Positions 1 through 11,472 of a stretch of DNA of 64,000 bases are shown one piece after another (position 1 is the first letter of the stretch; every line of letters begins with the position of its first letter). The notes below the pieces were generated by a model. It searched no databases. It was not told the DNA's origin and worked only from the letters and a program-made list of their open reading frames with translations. Source of the stretch: Epithemia pelagica (taxonomy: Eukaryota > Protista > Bacillariophyta); the NCBI GenBank assembly GCA_946965045.2, contig OX337232.1:1860001-1924000 (forward strand). The letters run 5' to 3'. The position numbers and the translations under genes are program-made.

Positions 1-1279
1 AAGTGGGGCGGATGGTCTCAAATTGAAAACTTGCTGCCACGAGAAACAATGCAAATTGGAAGCCATCGCTCGACAATGGTGGAAGTCGTCACCCCCATGG
101 CCATAACTTCCTCAATAATAGAGCTTGACTCGACCGCTTTGACAATAAGATTAACACAGAGCGGGGTTGAGCGAAGCCAACCCCGGCAGCTTCGCGCTAC
201 CCCGTTCTACCAACTGCAGAGATCAGAAGAAGGTGGAAAATGCGTCGATTCAACGCGATAGATAGTGGATTTGCTGAATCATGATCAGATTATGATCAAA
301 TGTCATGGTGAAACAAGGCAGAGATTCCAGAAATCCCGTGCATTTGAAGATTAGCAGCGAGGTCAGAGAAGTCAACGGGATCACTCTTGTTCGGCACAAT
401 CCTGCAACTGTGATAGTGGACGACGCCAACCAGAATCTGAATGCTGGACAGGACAACCCAAGTCGTGGTCCGACACAAGCTGCGAAAGGCCAGTGATTGC
501 GCCATTCTGTTGCTTCTTGCTACCGGTTACAAGTCAAAGTGTGGTTGCTGTCATTGAGAGGATGGGTTGTCTGTACCTTTCTCATCATCCTCATCTTTTT
601 GTCCCATTTTCATGACCTCTTCTTTTAGCTCTACTCATCTGATTGCGGCTAGTTTGCTCTCTTGTCTGGTCACGAGCAAGCTAGATCAGTACTTGGAGCT
701 GCATCTCTCGGTTTCAATTCTCTCGGCTCGTTCTGACCAGACCGGCGTCGTCATCAAGATCCTGTCACTGGTGGAGGAATGCATACCAAGACTCTGAATT
801 TGCGTTCCGTTCCTAGGGCGAAATTTTTCCTTGAAAAACAAAATTGTGCAAGGGATCTCTACCTTTCTTCTGTTGGTGGAAGCAGAATTCACATATCCCA
901 TGTTCCTTCCCTGGTACCCGAAATGGAGATAGACTTCGCATTCGTTACGATTGGACGGAGGAGCCGCCCGACCCTTTGCACATCGACGCCGTTTGGCTTG
1001 TCATGCCTTGCGTCACATTTCTGGAGACTTGCTCAGGACAGTTCCACTGGCACTAGTTTCGGGTGTACGTATTGTAGAATCACATCCAAATCGCCATCTC
1101 ATCCAGCACGTGCACTGGATGTCGCGAGCCTTCAGAACTCACGTGTTTTCGTCGCTGCTGGATTGGGAGATATTAGCCAGCGCCGTGTGTTGCAAGATTC
1201 AGATCAATCCCAACTCCCAACTCCCAACCACTGATCCAGGAAACAACTCTTGCCATAAGTCCGTCGCTGACTATGACTG

Positions 1280-4200
1280 CAAGGTTGCTACTACGTCACG
1301 TCACCGGCCAGGGGCGTGACATGACGCCGTCAAAAAATGACGGGAATATGTTCCCGTCTGGTTTTTCCCGTCACTCCCGTCACCTTTGGGAAATTGATAA
1401 AGACAACATGGATGGATGATGGAAATAACATGTATTGACTAACTTGGTGCATAAATATAATATAGAATGGTCTCTGGTGTCTGCTAATGGTGTTTGAATG
1501 CTCCCATAATGGACGGAAGCTTCATTCCGTCTCTTCAGAGGATAAATTCTGCAAGCAAATACTTATCCCGCCTCACATAGTCTTTCCGACTAAAGTATCG
1601 CTTGTCCTCCTGAGCAAAGTTCTTAAGATTTTCACTGGGCAAAGGCTCCAATGTATCTGAGCGTGTCTCTGGTGGGTCTTTGTCGTATCCAGGCTGTAGT
1701 TGTTCTGTTGCAGCTGCAGCTGCCCGTTGCGCAGCACGACCAGCCCGAGTCGGAGAATGTTCCGTTCGTAGACGAGCTGCGTTCTCACGGGCCATTGCAG
1801 CAAAATCAACAACACTACCAGCATCACTGTCACCATCCAATGCTTCTATGTTGATGGGATCATGCATTTCATTTTCATAGCCCGTACCGTCATTAGGATC
1901 CTCATCGTACAGGGATTCATCATCAGGAAACGACGACTGGATTGCATCTAACAATTGTTGCATCTCTGGTCCCAATTGTGTATCGCTTGTATTGGCATTC
2001 CCACTGGCATTATTGTTGTCATCCATATCTGTCACTGTCTCTGTAGTTTCTGTTGTAGTTCCAGTTCCAGTTCTAGTGTCTTGTTGTTGCGACGTTCTTG
2101 CCATGTTGATGGGCAGAAACTCGTCGTTGCTGTCATATTCTTCTTCATCATTATGCTGGCCGCCTGTGCTTCTCTCTACACGCTGCTCACTGCGTAGCTG
2201 TTCATTTGTTATTTCCTGGACATCCTCTTCTTCATTGTTGTTTGCTGCGCCTGCTGTTTTGTCACGATTCCCAGCAGCCTCTCCAGTACTCTCCTCTGTT
2301 GTCTTTGGGTACTCCGTCGCGGATACAATGCGATTACGATGTTGGTTAGTTGTTTTGAATCGCTTTTTCTTCTTTCCACCTCCATGGCCAGTAGTATCTG
2401 TGTCATCACTGCCATACACAACTTGCATGTTGTGCTTTATCAGCGTCGACTTCTCCATTTTAGCCTGTGAAAGTCAATTTCTGGACTTGGTATTGAAAAG
2501 AGCAAAGTCTTTGAAAAGACGCTCACATGAAGCACTCTGAACGGGAGCGCCCAAGATCCATGCGGCAAACCTGCAGAAAGCTTCGCCACAGGCTCTGTTC
2601 TCAAGATACCAGTCCACAATGCTCGGGAACATCTCCGGATCATATGGTAGAGTAAATTTAATACGCAAAGGGTGGTTCGTGAGGTACCTGTGCACTGCAA
2701 CGACCAGGTTGTTTCGTTCGATGCGCAGCTTGCGAACACTGGTCGGGTCACTCTTACCACTGTATGCGCTGAGCTCGTGCTTCTCCCAATAGAAACCTGC
2801 TGCCCACGCCAATCGCATACTCGACAGCACTGCTATTCGGTTTGCAGGCCATGAGCCCCTGGAATACTCGTTGAACGCAATGACGTGAACGGCATACTCC
2901 TTGTAAGCTGGGTGAAGCGCAAAGGCAAGAACATAAAGTGGCTGTTCACATTGCGCCCATCGTTCTCCCAAATCCAGGGTAAGATGCCCAATTTGATCCT
3001 CACTTCCAACAAAGTCAAGTACATGCAAATACAAGTTTAGAAGCATCAGGAAAACGTCGACAAGGGTGTTGCATTCACGTTGCATCAGGAATGATGCATC
3101 ACAAAATGGGCGCACGAGGTACTCTGCTTCCTCAAGAGAGTGGAAGAAATCTGTTGTTTCCCATGCCTTGCAAGCCTTGGGGAATTCATCATCATCTCCA
3201 TACTCTGCCACGAAGAGTCTGCAAGCCTTGCGAATGCGAAGCTGTGATGCAAAACACCCCTGAATGGTGTTCCAACGGGTGTCGCCAACTGTCATGATGG
3301 TTGTTGCGACTTTGCTTCCATATGTTCGACGACAGACTTGTTGGAGCCGCACCAACCATTTGGACGACGACTTAGAAACCTTTGCTGCTGCGGTTATGGC
3401 CTTGTTCGCCACATCCTTGAATTGAGGAGTCTGAACAAGATGGCCCACCATCAGATTCACTTGGTGAGCCCAGCATTTGTGGAAGAGAATATATGGGTGG
3501 CGCAAAGATAGGATGCGGCGCGCTCTGGCACACTGTCCTGCGTTGTCGGACACAAAGTATTTCACCTTGTGGGCATAAGGTCGTAGAGTATCCGTTCGCA
3601 GGATATCTTCCTCCCATACCTTAGCGATTGCCAATGCATGGTGAGTGTCGCCTTCTTTGTAGGTTGATAGCAAGAATGATTTTGGTCCTGCCTTGACCAT
3701 TACACCTTGTATGTGTACCTTGTTTATCATTTCCCAGCCATCGACCACGATGCCGAAGTGGTGGCCTTGCATAGAGGCTTCAAGGATGGACTTGTTGCGA
3801 TTCTCCAAGGCCTTGTTGTATCGATCATTTAATATCTTTTCCGACAGCCACCATCGCCCTTTCAGAGCTCGTGATGACTGTGGACGAAGAAAATCAAGAA
3901 GACGATGGAAAGACGGTCGTTCAACTACGGAAAAGCCAGTTGACAAGTCGATAACAAGTTCCAGGACCAACTTGTTGAGTTCTTTCTGCTCGGCTTCTGA
4001 AAGAGGCGGAGAAGCATTGAAGTATTCTTCCATCCTGCTCCTGAGAGCAGGCTTTTTCATGCCCAGTGACAACGATGAAGAAGATGGGTGGGGTGGTGGT
4101 CGCTTGAGATTCGATGTGGCCTCTGCTTCTGCTGGACTTGTAGTGAGGTAGCTACTGATGGAACCTCCCTGTACACTTCTCCTTGCAATAGTATCAATAG

Positions 4201-4952
4201 GTGGCTGTGGTTGTGCTTGCACTTCTGTACTTCGCGATGCCTTGATGTGGTTTTGAAAGGCTCGGCACTTGTTGAGGTGCTGTTTGCACTTATCGGGGCG
4301 CTTGCGCATCTCTTTTGGTTTTGGTGGCATACCAATGGATTGATGGCTCTTGAACTTTTCAAGTTCTCTTTCGTAGTGCAACTTGCAATGGCAGCAGACT
4401 ACGTACAAGTTGCCGCCACTTCGTCGCCCAACTTCTACGAAGTTTTTGTAAATTTCTTCGTTGGCCTTGTGGGCTCGGCTTTTGCCTCCTCTTGAACCCC
4501 CCCTCCTTTTCCCGTTGTTAGGATTCTGCTCTGTTGTTGTCTCTGTCGCTTCTTCTTCCCCCGTAGCTTCATTGTTGTTGTCGTCATCGTCGTCATCTCC
4601 TCCTCCTGATTCCAGCACGTACTCGTAGGGCTCGTCGTCATCGTCCGAATCCGAAGGCATCTTGGTTGTGGTCTCCTTCCTGCTCTCTTATTCTTGGCTT
4701 CTGAGGGAATGATCATTCATGATCATCAATGGTTGATTGTTGTGTATTCCTTGGATCATGTTTTTATGCCATTTTTGTGCGTTTCTCGCCATTTCTGTTT
4801 GACGACAAGATCCAAAAAAGATTTTTTGTTTCCCGTCACATTTTTTCATTCCCGTCATTTGTCACCGCCTGATGGCCGGACGTGACGTCGTCAATTTTAC
4901 GTCTCGTCACGTGACGTGCGTCAATCGTGACGTCGTCACAGTAGCATCCTTG
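1280..4952 (-). mobile_element. hAT-superfamily DNA transposon, full length (3673 bp)
   Basis: TIRs CAAGGTTGCTACT (1280-1292) and AGTAGCATCCTTG (4940-4952; revcomp CAAGGATGCTACT, 12/13 match). Flanked by the direct repeat ATGACTG (1273-1279, 4953-4959). Subterminal TCCCGTCA/TGACGGGA and CGTCAC motifs at both ends. Encodes a hAT transposase. Confidence 0.92.
1535..4660 (-). pseudogene. hAT transposase interrupted by one in-frame TGA (2474-2476)
   Basis: ORF 2474-4660 has a BED-like CxxC..H..C finger, VVDGW, FVSD, KCWAH (CxxH), TRWN, ALHP and SASCERLF. ORF 1535-2458 is in the same frame, 5 codons after the stop (KSRN*LSQAKMEKSTLIKHN, typical hAT RNRL..K.N tail). Confidence 0.88.
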
Positions 4953-6791
4953 ATGACTGGAAATACGCCTTCGCTACCCTTACCAATATCCACAGATGAA
5001 GACAAGGATACCCAACAGGATGACTTGGTGGATTGGTAGGGTTTGACGTGTGACTGACCGACATGTTCTTTTCCCATAGCCCCCGTCGTCCCCCGTCATC
5101 CCCCGTTTTCCCCCGTTACAAACTCTTAGTAGTGTACTAGTACAATAACTATTTTCCGGACTCCGGACACGGACACGGACAAGTATTGTACGAGTCCGAG
5201 CGACACAAATCACAATACAAAATACAAAGTACAAGTACAAATTACCAATTACCACCAATTACCAATTAGCAATAAAAATGTCTTACAACAGCTATCAGAC
5301 AATGGATAACTGGAAACGTGTTGGGGGTTGGGGAGGCTCTCCCCTTACGAGTAATGATCTATGTGGACTGACAGTACCGAGCATCGAACATCATGCAACT
5401 CGTGTCCTCTTATTTAGGGCGTTATGGTATTTTTATCAAGGAATGAATTTCCAGAACCATTGTCAGTGTCAGTCGTGTCCCGGTAGGTTCGGTATTCACG
5501 GGCAATAGTAGGAGCTCGTTCTTGATGGCATCCCATTTTGTCCCAACCAGATTTCAGTATGGGACCGACTGACTGAAACACATGTGTTGGGTGTTGTTGG
5601 TCTTCACTTGTTTCTTTTTTTCTCGGTTCGTGGTGGTGATTGGGCCCTTCCCCCTCGTTTCATGTGTTTGATGTGGCATTTCTCTTGTGGTGGTCGTGGT
5701 GGTCTTTCTCCCCAATCTTACAGACCTTCTTGAAAACACCATCACAAAAGGACCTTTTTGGTTACTCCAGCAAAAAGCCTCAAGAGTCACTTTGTAACCC
5801 CGTGGGTTTGTTATTTCGACAGGTAGAAGAAGAAGAACAACAAGAGTGCATTCCCACGCCAACAAATACTACTTCTTTGTGAGTACCAACGAACACATCT
5901 TGCGACCATCACATTGAAAATAGTGCGGATTGTTTTTCCCGTTTTGACTGCGAAAATTGAAGCAACTACATCCAAACGACTAGAACAAGACGAGACACTA
6001 AAAGAAGACACAAGAACCAAACCAAGATGACACCTTCTTCGCTGTTTCTGCTGACAGTAATGATGCTGGTCCTTCAGGCCACTTCCTCGTCGTCCTTAGT
6101 ACAACAAGAACAAGGGACAGAACGAAAGGAAACACAAAAACAACAAGAAGAAGAACACCACTACGATGCGGCTCCTTTCTTCTCTCCCCTTCTCTCCTTT
6201 TACCACCAGCCGTCATGGTCCCAGTCGTCGTCGTCATCATCTGTGGTATCACCACCAGCACGCTCCAAGACGCCTACGGCAACTCTTCCTCTCCTACGAC
6301 CACCCTCGGCGTCCTCCTTGTCGGCGACTCCACCAGCCGGCCACCCCGAATCTCTTCCGACTGTTTCTCCTCCTTCGTTTCAACAACAAGACCGGCGCAC
6401 CAAGTAAGAGGAGGACCGTACAAAGAAGACTGCTGATGAAGTGAGTACTGTCATTACTCAGATTCATAAACTAAAGCAGCCACTTCCGATCGATATGAAC
6501 GAAGACTACGAGAGGGTCGACATGGAACACCAACCACACTTACCATCTTCTTCCGAAGCAACTAAACCTTTGACGGCTGGCAACCCGCCCGAACCAGCTC
6601 CTCGTGCTCGTGGCGTCCGGCAACGTCGTGTCAAGAAAACCAAAAATGTGTTTTCGAAAGCTTCCAAGGAAGACCCTCCACAGCGGTGGTAGCAGCAAAA
6701 CCCAAAAGGGGAAGGGTGGGGGAAGCAGCAAGTCCTCTACAAGCTCAGACGGCAGCTCGAAAAAGAGCAAAAGAAAAAATCGGAAAAGAGC

Positions 6792-6881
6792 AAAAGCGAA
6801 AAGTCCCCCAAAAGCGAAAAGTCCCCCAAAAGCGAAAAGTCCCTCAAAAGCGAAAAGTCCCCCAAAAGCGAAAAGTCCTCC
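6792..6881 (+). repeat. 18-nt tandem repeat x5 (AAAAGCGAAAAGTCCCCC, encoding KSEKSP)
   Basis: Five near-perfect copies read directly from the sequence. Confidence 0.95.
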
Positions 6882-7019
6882 AAAAGTTCCGTCGACGATA
6901 CACCTACCTCTTTGCCAACAACAACTCCGACTGCACTTCCAACGCCCGAAACCAAAAGTCCGACCACGGCACCAACAGGTACTCCCACAGATCAACCCAC
7001 TATTGCGCCCACTGAACAA

Positions 7020-8732
7020 CCAACATCGCAACCAACATCGCAGCCCACATCGCAGCCAACTGCACAGTCAACCTCGCAGCCAACGTCTCAGCCAACATCA
7101 CAGCCAACTGCACAGCCAACAGCCCCAACATCGCAGCCAACGTCACAACCATCAGCTCCAACGACTCAGCCAACGTCACAGCCAACAGCCCCTACATCGC
7201 AACCAACGTCACAGCCAACATCGCAGCCAACTGCACAGCCAACGTCTCAGCCAACATCGCAGCCAACCTCGCAGCCAACGTCGCAGCCAACATCCTCAAC
7301 ATCTCAGCCAACGTCACAGCCAACAGCCCCAACTTCGCAGCCAACGTCACAGCCAACAGCCCCAACATCGCAGCCCACATCGCAGCCAACATCGCAGCCA
7401 ACATCGCAGCCAACATCGCAGCCAACATCGCAGCCAACCTCGCAGCCAACGTCTCAGCCAACATCACAGCCAACATTACAGCCAACCTCGCAGCCAACAT
7501 CACAGCCAACATCACAGCCAACAGCCCCAACGTCGCAGCCAACTTCACAGCCAACAGCCCCAACGTCGCAGCCAACTTCACAGCCAACAGCCCCAGCGTC
7601 GCAGCCAACGTCGCAGCCAACAGCCCCAACATCGCAACCAACATCGCAGCCAACATCGCAGCCAACATCGCAGCCCACATCGCAGCCCACATCGCAGCCA
7701 ACTGCACAGCCAACCTCGCAGCCAACGTCCCAGCCAACGTCTCAGCCAACTGCGCAGCCAACATCACAGCCAACAGCCCCAACGTCGCAGCCAACGTCAC
7801 AGCCAACAGCACCAACTTCTCAGCCAACGTCACAGCCAACAGCCCCAACATCGCAACCAACATCGCAACCAACGTCGCAGCCCACATCTCAGCCAACTGC
7901 ACAGCCAACCTCGCAGCCAACGTCTCAGCCAACATCACAGCCAACGTCGCAGCCAACTGCGCAGCCAACATCACAGCCAACAGCCCCAACATCGCAGCCA
8001 ACGTCACAGCCAACAGCCCCAACGTCTCAGCCAACGTCACAGCCAACAGCCCCAACGTCTCAGCCCACATCGCAGCCAACTGCACAGCCAACGTCTGAGC
8101 CAACGTCACAGCCTACATCGCAGCCAACATCGCAGCCAACGTCGCAGCCAACATCGCAACCAACGTCACAGCCAACATCGCAGCCAACATCGCAGCCAAC
8201 CTCGCAGCCAACGTCTCAGCCAACATCACAGCCAACATTACAGCCAACCTCGCAGCCAACATCACAGCCAACATCACAGCCAACAGCCCCAACGTCGCAG
8301 CCAACTTCACAGCCAACAGCCCCAACGTCGCAGCCAACTTCACAGCCAACAGCCCCAACGTCGCAGCCAACGTCGCAGCCAACAGCCCCAACATCGCAAC
8401 CAACATCGCAGCCAACATCGCAGCCCACATCGCAGCCCACATCGCAGCCAACTGCACAGCCAACGTCTCAGCCAACATCACAGCCAACGTCTCAGCCAAC
8501 TGCGCAGCTAACATCACAGCCAACAGCCCCAACATCGCAGCCAACGTCACAGCCAACAGCCCCAACGTCTCAGCCAACGTCACAGCCAACAGCCCCAATG
8601 TCTCAGCCCACATCGCAGCCAACTGCACAGCCAACGTCTGAGCCAACGTCACAGCCTACATCGCAGCCAACATCGCAGCCAACGTCGCAGCCAACATCGC
8701 AACTAACGTCACAGCCAACATCGCAGCCAACG
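7020..8732 (+). repeat. Coding minisatellite of 12-nt PTSQ and 9-nt PTA units with higher-order duplications
   Basis: CCAACATCGCAG-type units. Rare variants recur at long spacing: PTLQ near 7471 and 8233; PTSE near 8092 and 8632. Confidence 0.97.
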
Positions 8733-9737
8733 GGTATTACCCGTTGATTTTGCAGGGTTGAAGTAGTCGATGCGAGAGAAATTCTTGGGGTCGGTTTCTC
8801 GAAGCTTGTTGATAGTACTCCTAAAACATATAAATTGTTGTTCTCAGAGTGTGATTTTGTTGTCACATGTCGCAACTCGTTTTGTTATGCAGAGAGAATA
8901 TTTGGTGTGTGGTGTTTGTATAATATAGACATTCAAGACCGTAAATTGAGAATGTGGCAGTCGGGGTTTCTTCCTTCACATTTTGGGATGCATTGGAAAG
9001 AAGCTGGATAGATTGATTGGAACAGGATTGTACTTGGATATACACAGATGCTAGCTGTGTGGTTGGAGGACAAGGTATAAGCTAAGATAGCCGTTGGATA
9101 CATCCATACGAGCGTTTTTCCGTTCAGATCGAGAAATGTTACAGACGACAGGGAAAAGCCAGGTTTGCTACAGGGGTTCCTCGGGTCATGAGGAGCACAA
9201 TTACTATATCTGTTAATGTGGTGTATATTGGCCACAATTTGTTGGCCAATGTTTCGCTTGTGGGCCTGCTCTGTGATTTTGGTATCTCAAGCCTTGAAAA
9301 GTTCAGAAATCTTTCTGCAAACGATGTCCCTTCGATCGACGTTTCCAAGCTTATCGGAAAGATCACCTGCGCACGTCGCCTATGTGACTATTATATCCTT
9401 GGGTTTCGTACCGCGAAGGAATTGTGCCCTGTGTGATCAATCATCGTTTTTGAGGCAATGATACGTCTATAGAAAATTTTGAGTATTGGAGCTTGGGAGA
9501 GAAAGTTGAACAATTTCGTAGGAGTGCTTTGTATACGCAACTGTTTCCATAAACAAGGCCGAGTGAAATGCGGTGGATGACCAAGAGGAACTTTACAGGG
9601 CCATGTGTCATCTTGGTGAATTGAGAAAATCCTGGCCATGAGAGCGCAAGCGAATTCTGGAAGTAAGTGCGAGGCCGCATACATGATATTGTTGTGCTAC
9701 CCTTTCGGAACAAGCGACCTTGATGATGACAAGTTGG

Positions 9738-11003
9738 CTATTTGATTATGACAAAATTCTCTCCTCGCCACTCTTTTCCTCCTTTGACTTTCTTTTTCGG
9801 TCGCCGCTTCTTTCTGCTGGCAAGTTCTTTCTGAGCAGCCGCGTGTGAAGGAAGTTTGGCAGAGAGACTTCGCAGCGCATAACTAGCCATCCTGTCTGTC
9901 ACCAAACTTCCCTTGGGAATCATTGTTCGAAGAGAACTTTCCCCTTTGCATAGCTCCGAGGTGAGCGCCACCGGGAAGGAAGGAGCCGCAACCGGGTCCA
10001 TGACAGAAACCTCTTTCTCAATTCGAGATCCCTTCTTTTCTGAAGCTTTCTCCTCCACTCGCTTTCGTTTTTCTTCAAGTCGTTCTTTCTGTTGTTCCTC
10101 TGCGAGCTTTACCTCTTTCCGGAGACGTTTAATTTGGAAGACTTGGCGTTCTCTTTCCTGTTCGCGCTTAACGTCCAGCCTCTCCCGTTCCTCCTGCCTG
10201 ACTCGTTTTTGTTTATTACGTTGCGCTCGCGTCAGTTTTCCTTTCTGCTTATGAAACACCATCTTGGACTCGTCGTTTGCTCCTTCCGACTGGCCCTCAC
10301 CCTCTTCGTCGTCGCTTGAGTCTGAGTCCGCCAAGAGAATGGCTTTCGTTGCTTCCGACATTCCGGGACTTAGTGGAGCGTTCTTTTCTATCTCTGCTTT
10401 ATCTCGTCTCTCTTCGACATTCAGGGCCTCCCGTAAAACTGACTGGTGTTCTACTGGATCAGGCCTGTAGGACTGTCCTCCTCTGGCCACATCTACGGCA
10501 ACCATGTTTGCCCGTTTGCTGTCATGCAAATTAGCGCTGGACTTCTCTCCCTTCAAAGCCTTTTTCTTCTCATCTTTCTGTTTTCCTGATTGCAAAGACT
10601 TTGCGTCTCCCCACAAATCAAATGTCTTTGGTGGTGTCTTGGACTTTCGAATTCCATGCGTACGCAAGTGATTGGTTTTGTCAAATAATCTCTGTCCATC
10701 GGCCGCCATTGATGCCAATTCTTCCTTCGAATGACGTTTCAAGAGATTTTCAATGTCTCTACGCTCGCGATTGGACCATACGGTTTCCTTGCTCTTTTTG
10801 CTCCCTGTTCGTTGGAAGGGAGAAGGTCGTGGCGTAGAGGGAACATGGTCTCCCTTGGTATCGAGGACAAAGAGCTCCTTATCAGACTGATCAACCACCG
10901 ACTGTCGCGCTACTTGTTCAGCTTGCTCTTCTTGTAGCTTTTCTGTCAAGGCCTTTTGTCGCTTCTTGGACCGAAGCGCAGCGCCTTGCAATCGTTTCCC
11001 CAT
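9738..11003 (-). CDS. NOP53: Ribosome biogenesis protein NOP53/GLTSCR2
   Basis: Motifs LFVLDTKGD, FDLWGD, GGQSYRPDPVEHQ, KLTRAQRNK and KGSLVTDR. ATG at 11003 (MGKRLQG). Confidence 0.85.
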   Translation of the reverse strand: MGKRLQGAALRSKKRQKALTEKLQEEQAEQVARQSVVDQSDKELFVLDTKGDHVPSTPRPSPFQRTGSKKSKETVWSNRERRDIENLLKRHSKEELASMAADGQRLFDKTNHLRTHGIRKSKTPPKTFDLWGDAKSLQSGKQKDEKKKALKGEKSSANLHDSKRANMVAVDVARGGQSYRPDPVEHQSVLREALNVEERRDKAEIEKNAPLSPGMSEATKAILLADSDSSDDEEGEGQSEGANDESKMVFHKQKGKLTRAQRNKQKRVRQEERERLDVKREQERERQVFQIKRLRKEVKLAEEQQKERLEEKRKRVEEKASEKKGSRIEKEVSVMDPVAAPSFPVALTSELCKGESSLRTMIPKGSLVTDRMASYALRSLSAKLPSHAAAQKELASRKKRRPKKKVKGGKEWRGENFVIIK

Positions 11004-11214
11004 TGTTGTTCGTTTATGTGGAGAGTGGAGAGGCAAAATGTAAGTGGTGGACGCAACATCACGTCCATCAGGGCGCGGCGAAGTGCAGACGATCAGAGTA
11101 TTTCTAACGTTCACCATCATAGAATCCAAAATAATTTCCACGATTTTACAATTCGGAACTCTAAGGTTTGTTGTTTGCTCCACAGAAAGAGGCAAAATGG
11201 ACTGTTGAGGTCAT

Positions 11215-11426
11215 TGTTGGAGGTAGCTGGAGTCGGATGTGCGACTAAGGACAAAGAACAGGCGAAAATGGATGACGAGAACACGTGGCAGCTGGTGACG
11301 CGAAAGAAAAAGAGTCATAGTAGATCTAGTGGTAACGAGGGCACCAAGTGCTCATTCTATCAACAATAAGAAGTTATCGATCCTTTTGTTGCTTGTACGG
11401 CACTTGGTAGGGATTGTGTTTCAACA
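11215..11426 (+). repeat. 5' LTR (212 bp)
   Basis: Identical to 17229-17440 except C11353 vs T17367. Confidence 0.97.
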
Positions 11427-11440
11427 TATTGTTGATAGAA
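11427..11440 (+). other. Primer-binding site position; complementary to LTR 11355-11368 (putative self-priming PBS)
   Basis: TATTGTTGATAGAA directly follows the LTR and is the exact reverse complement of TTCTATCAACAATA. It does not start with the TGG that pairs with a tRNA CCA end. Confidence 0.75.
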
Positions 11441-11472
11441 AACTTTATATCTTAAGATTGACTGTTGCGTTC

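Larger units (their letters stand above)
6027..8747 (+). pseudogene. Secreted mucin-like / Lys-Ser-rich PTSQ-repeat protein; structure disrupted or with unresolved introns
   Basis: Signal peptide MTPSSLFLLTVMMLVLQA at 6027. The same frame has stops at 6405 and 6690, then is open from 6693 to 8747 (KSEKSP x5, then >500 aa of PTSQ/PTA). A GKGGGSSKSS segment lies in a neighbouring frame (about 6680-6775). Confidence 0.6.

Noticed and set aside
1-1272. Short ORFs left of the hAT, including one that would continue across the empty site (..VADYDWKYAF..)
   Set aside because: No recognisable motifs, frequent stops in all frames, and the reconstructed ORF ends soon after the junction.
4960-6026. Several 60-100 aa ORFs and microsatellite-like stretches
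   Set aside because: Low-complexity and intergenic-like; no family signal.
6604-8652. Long alternative-frame and antisense ORFs (SQHRSQ.., LAVMLAA.., CDVG..)
   Set aside because: These are shadows of the stop-free 12-nt repeat; the PTSQ frame is the biologically typical one.
8748-9737. Possible decayed C-terminal domain of the mucin-like gene
   Set aside because: Stop density in the best frame is close to random expectation and no motif was recognised.
11329-11472. Upstream extension of copia ORF1 from a GTG inside the LTR
   Set aside because: It crosses the LTR and PBS; ATG 11473 is the more plausible start.
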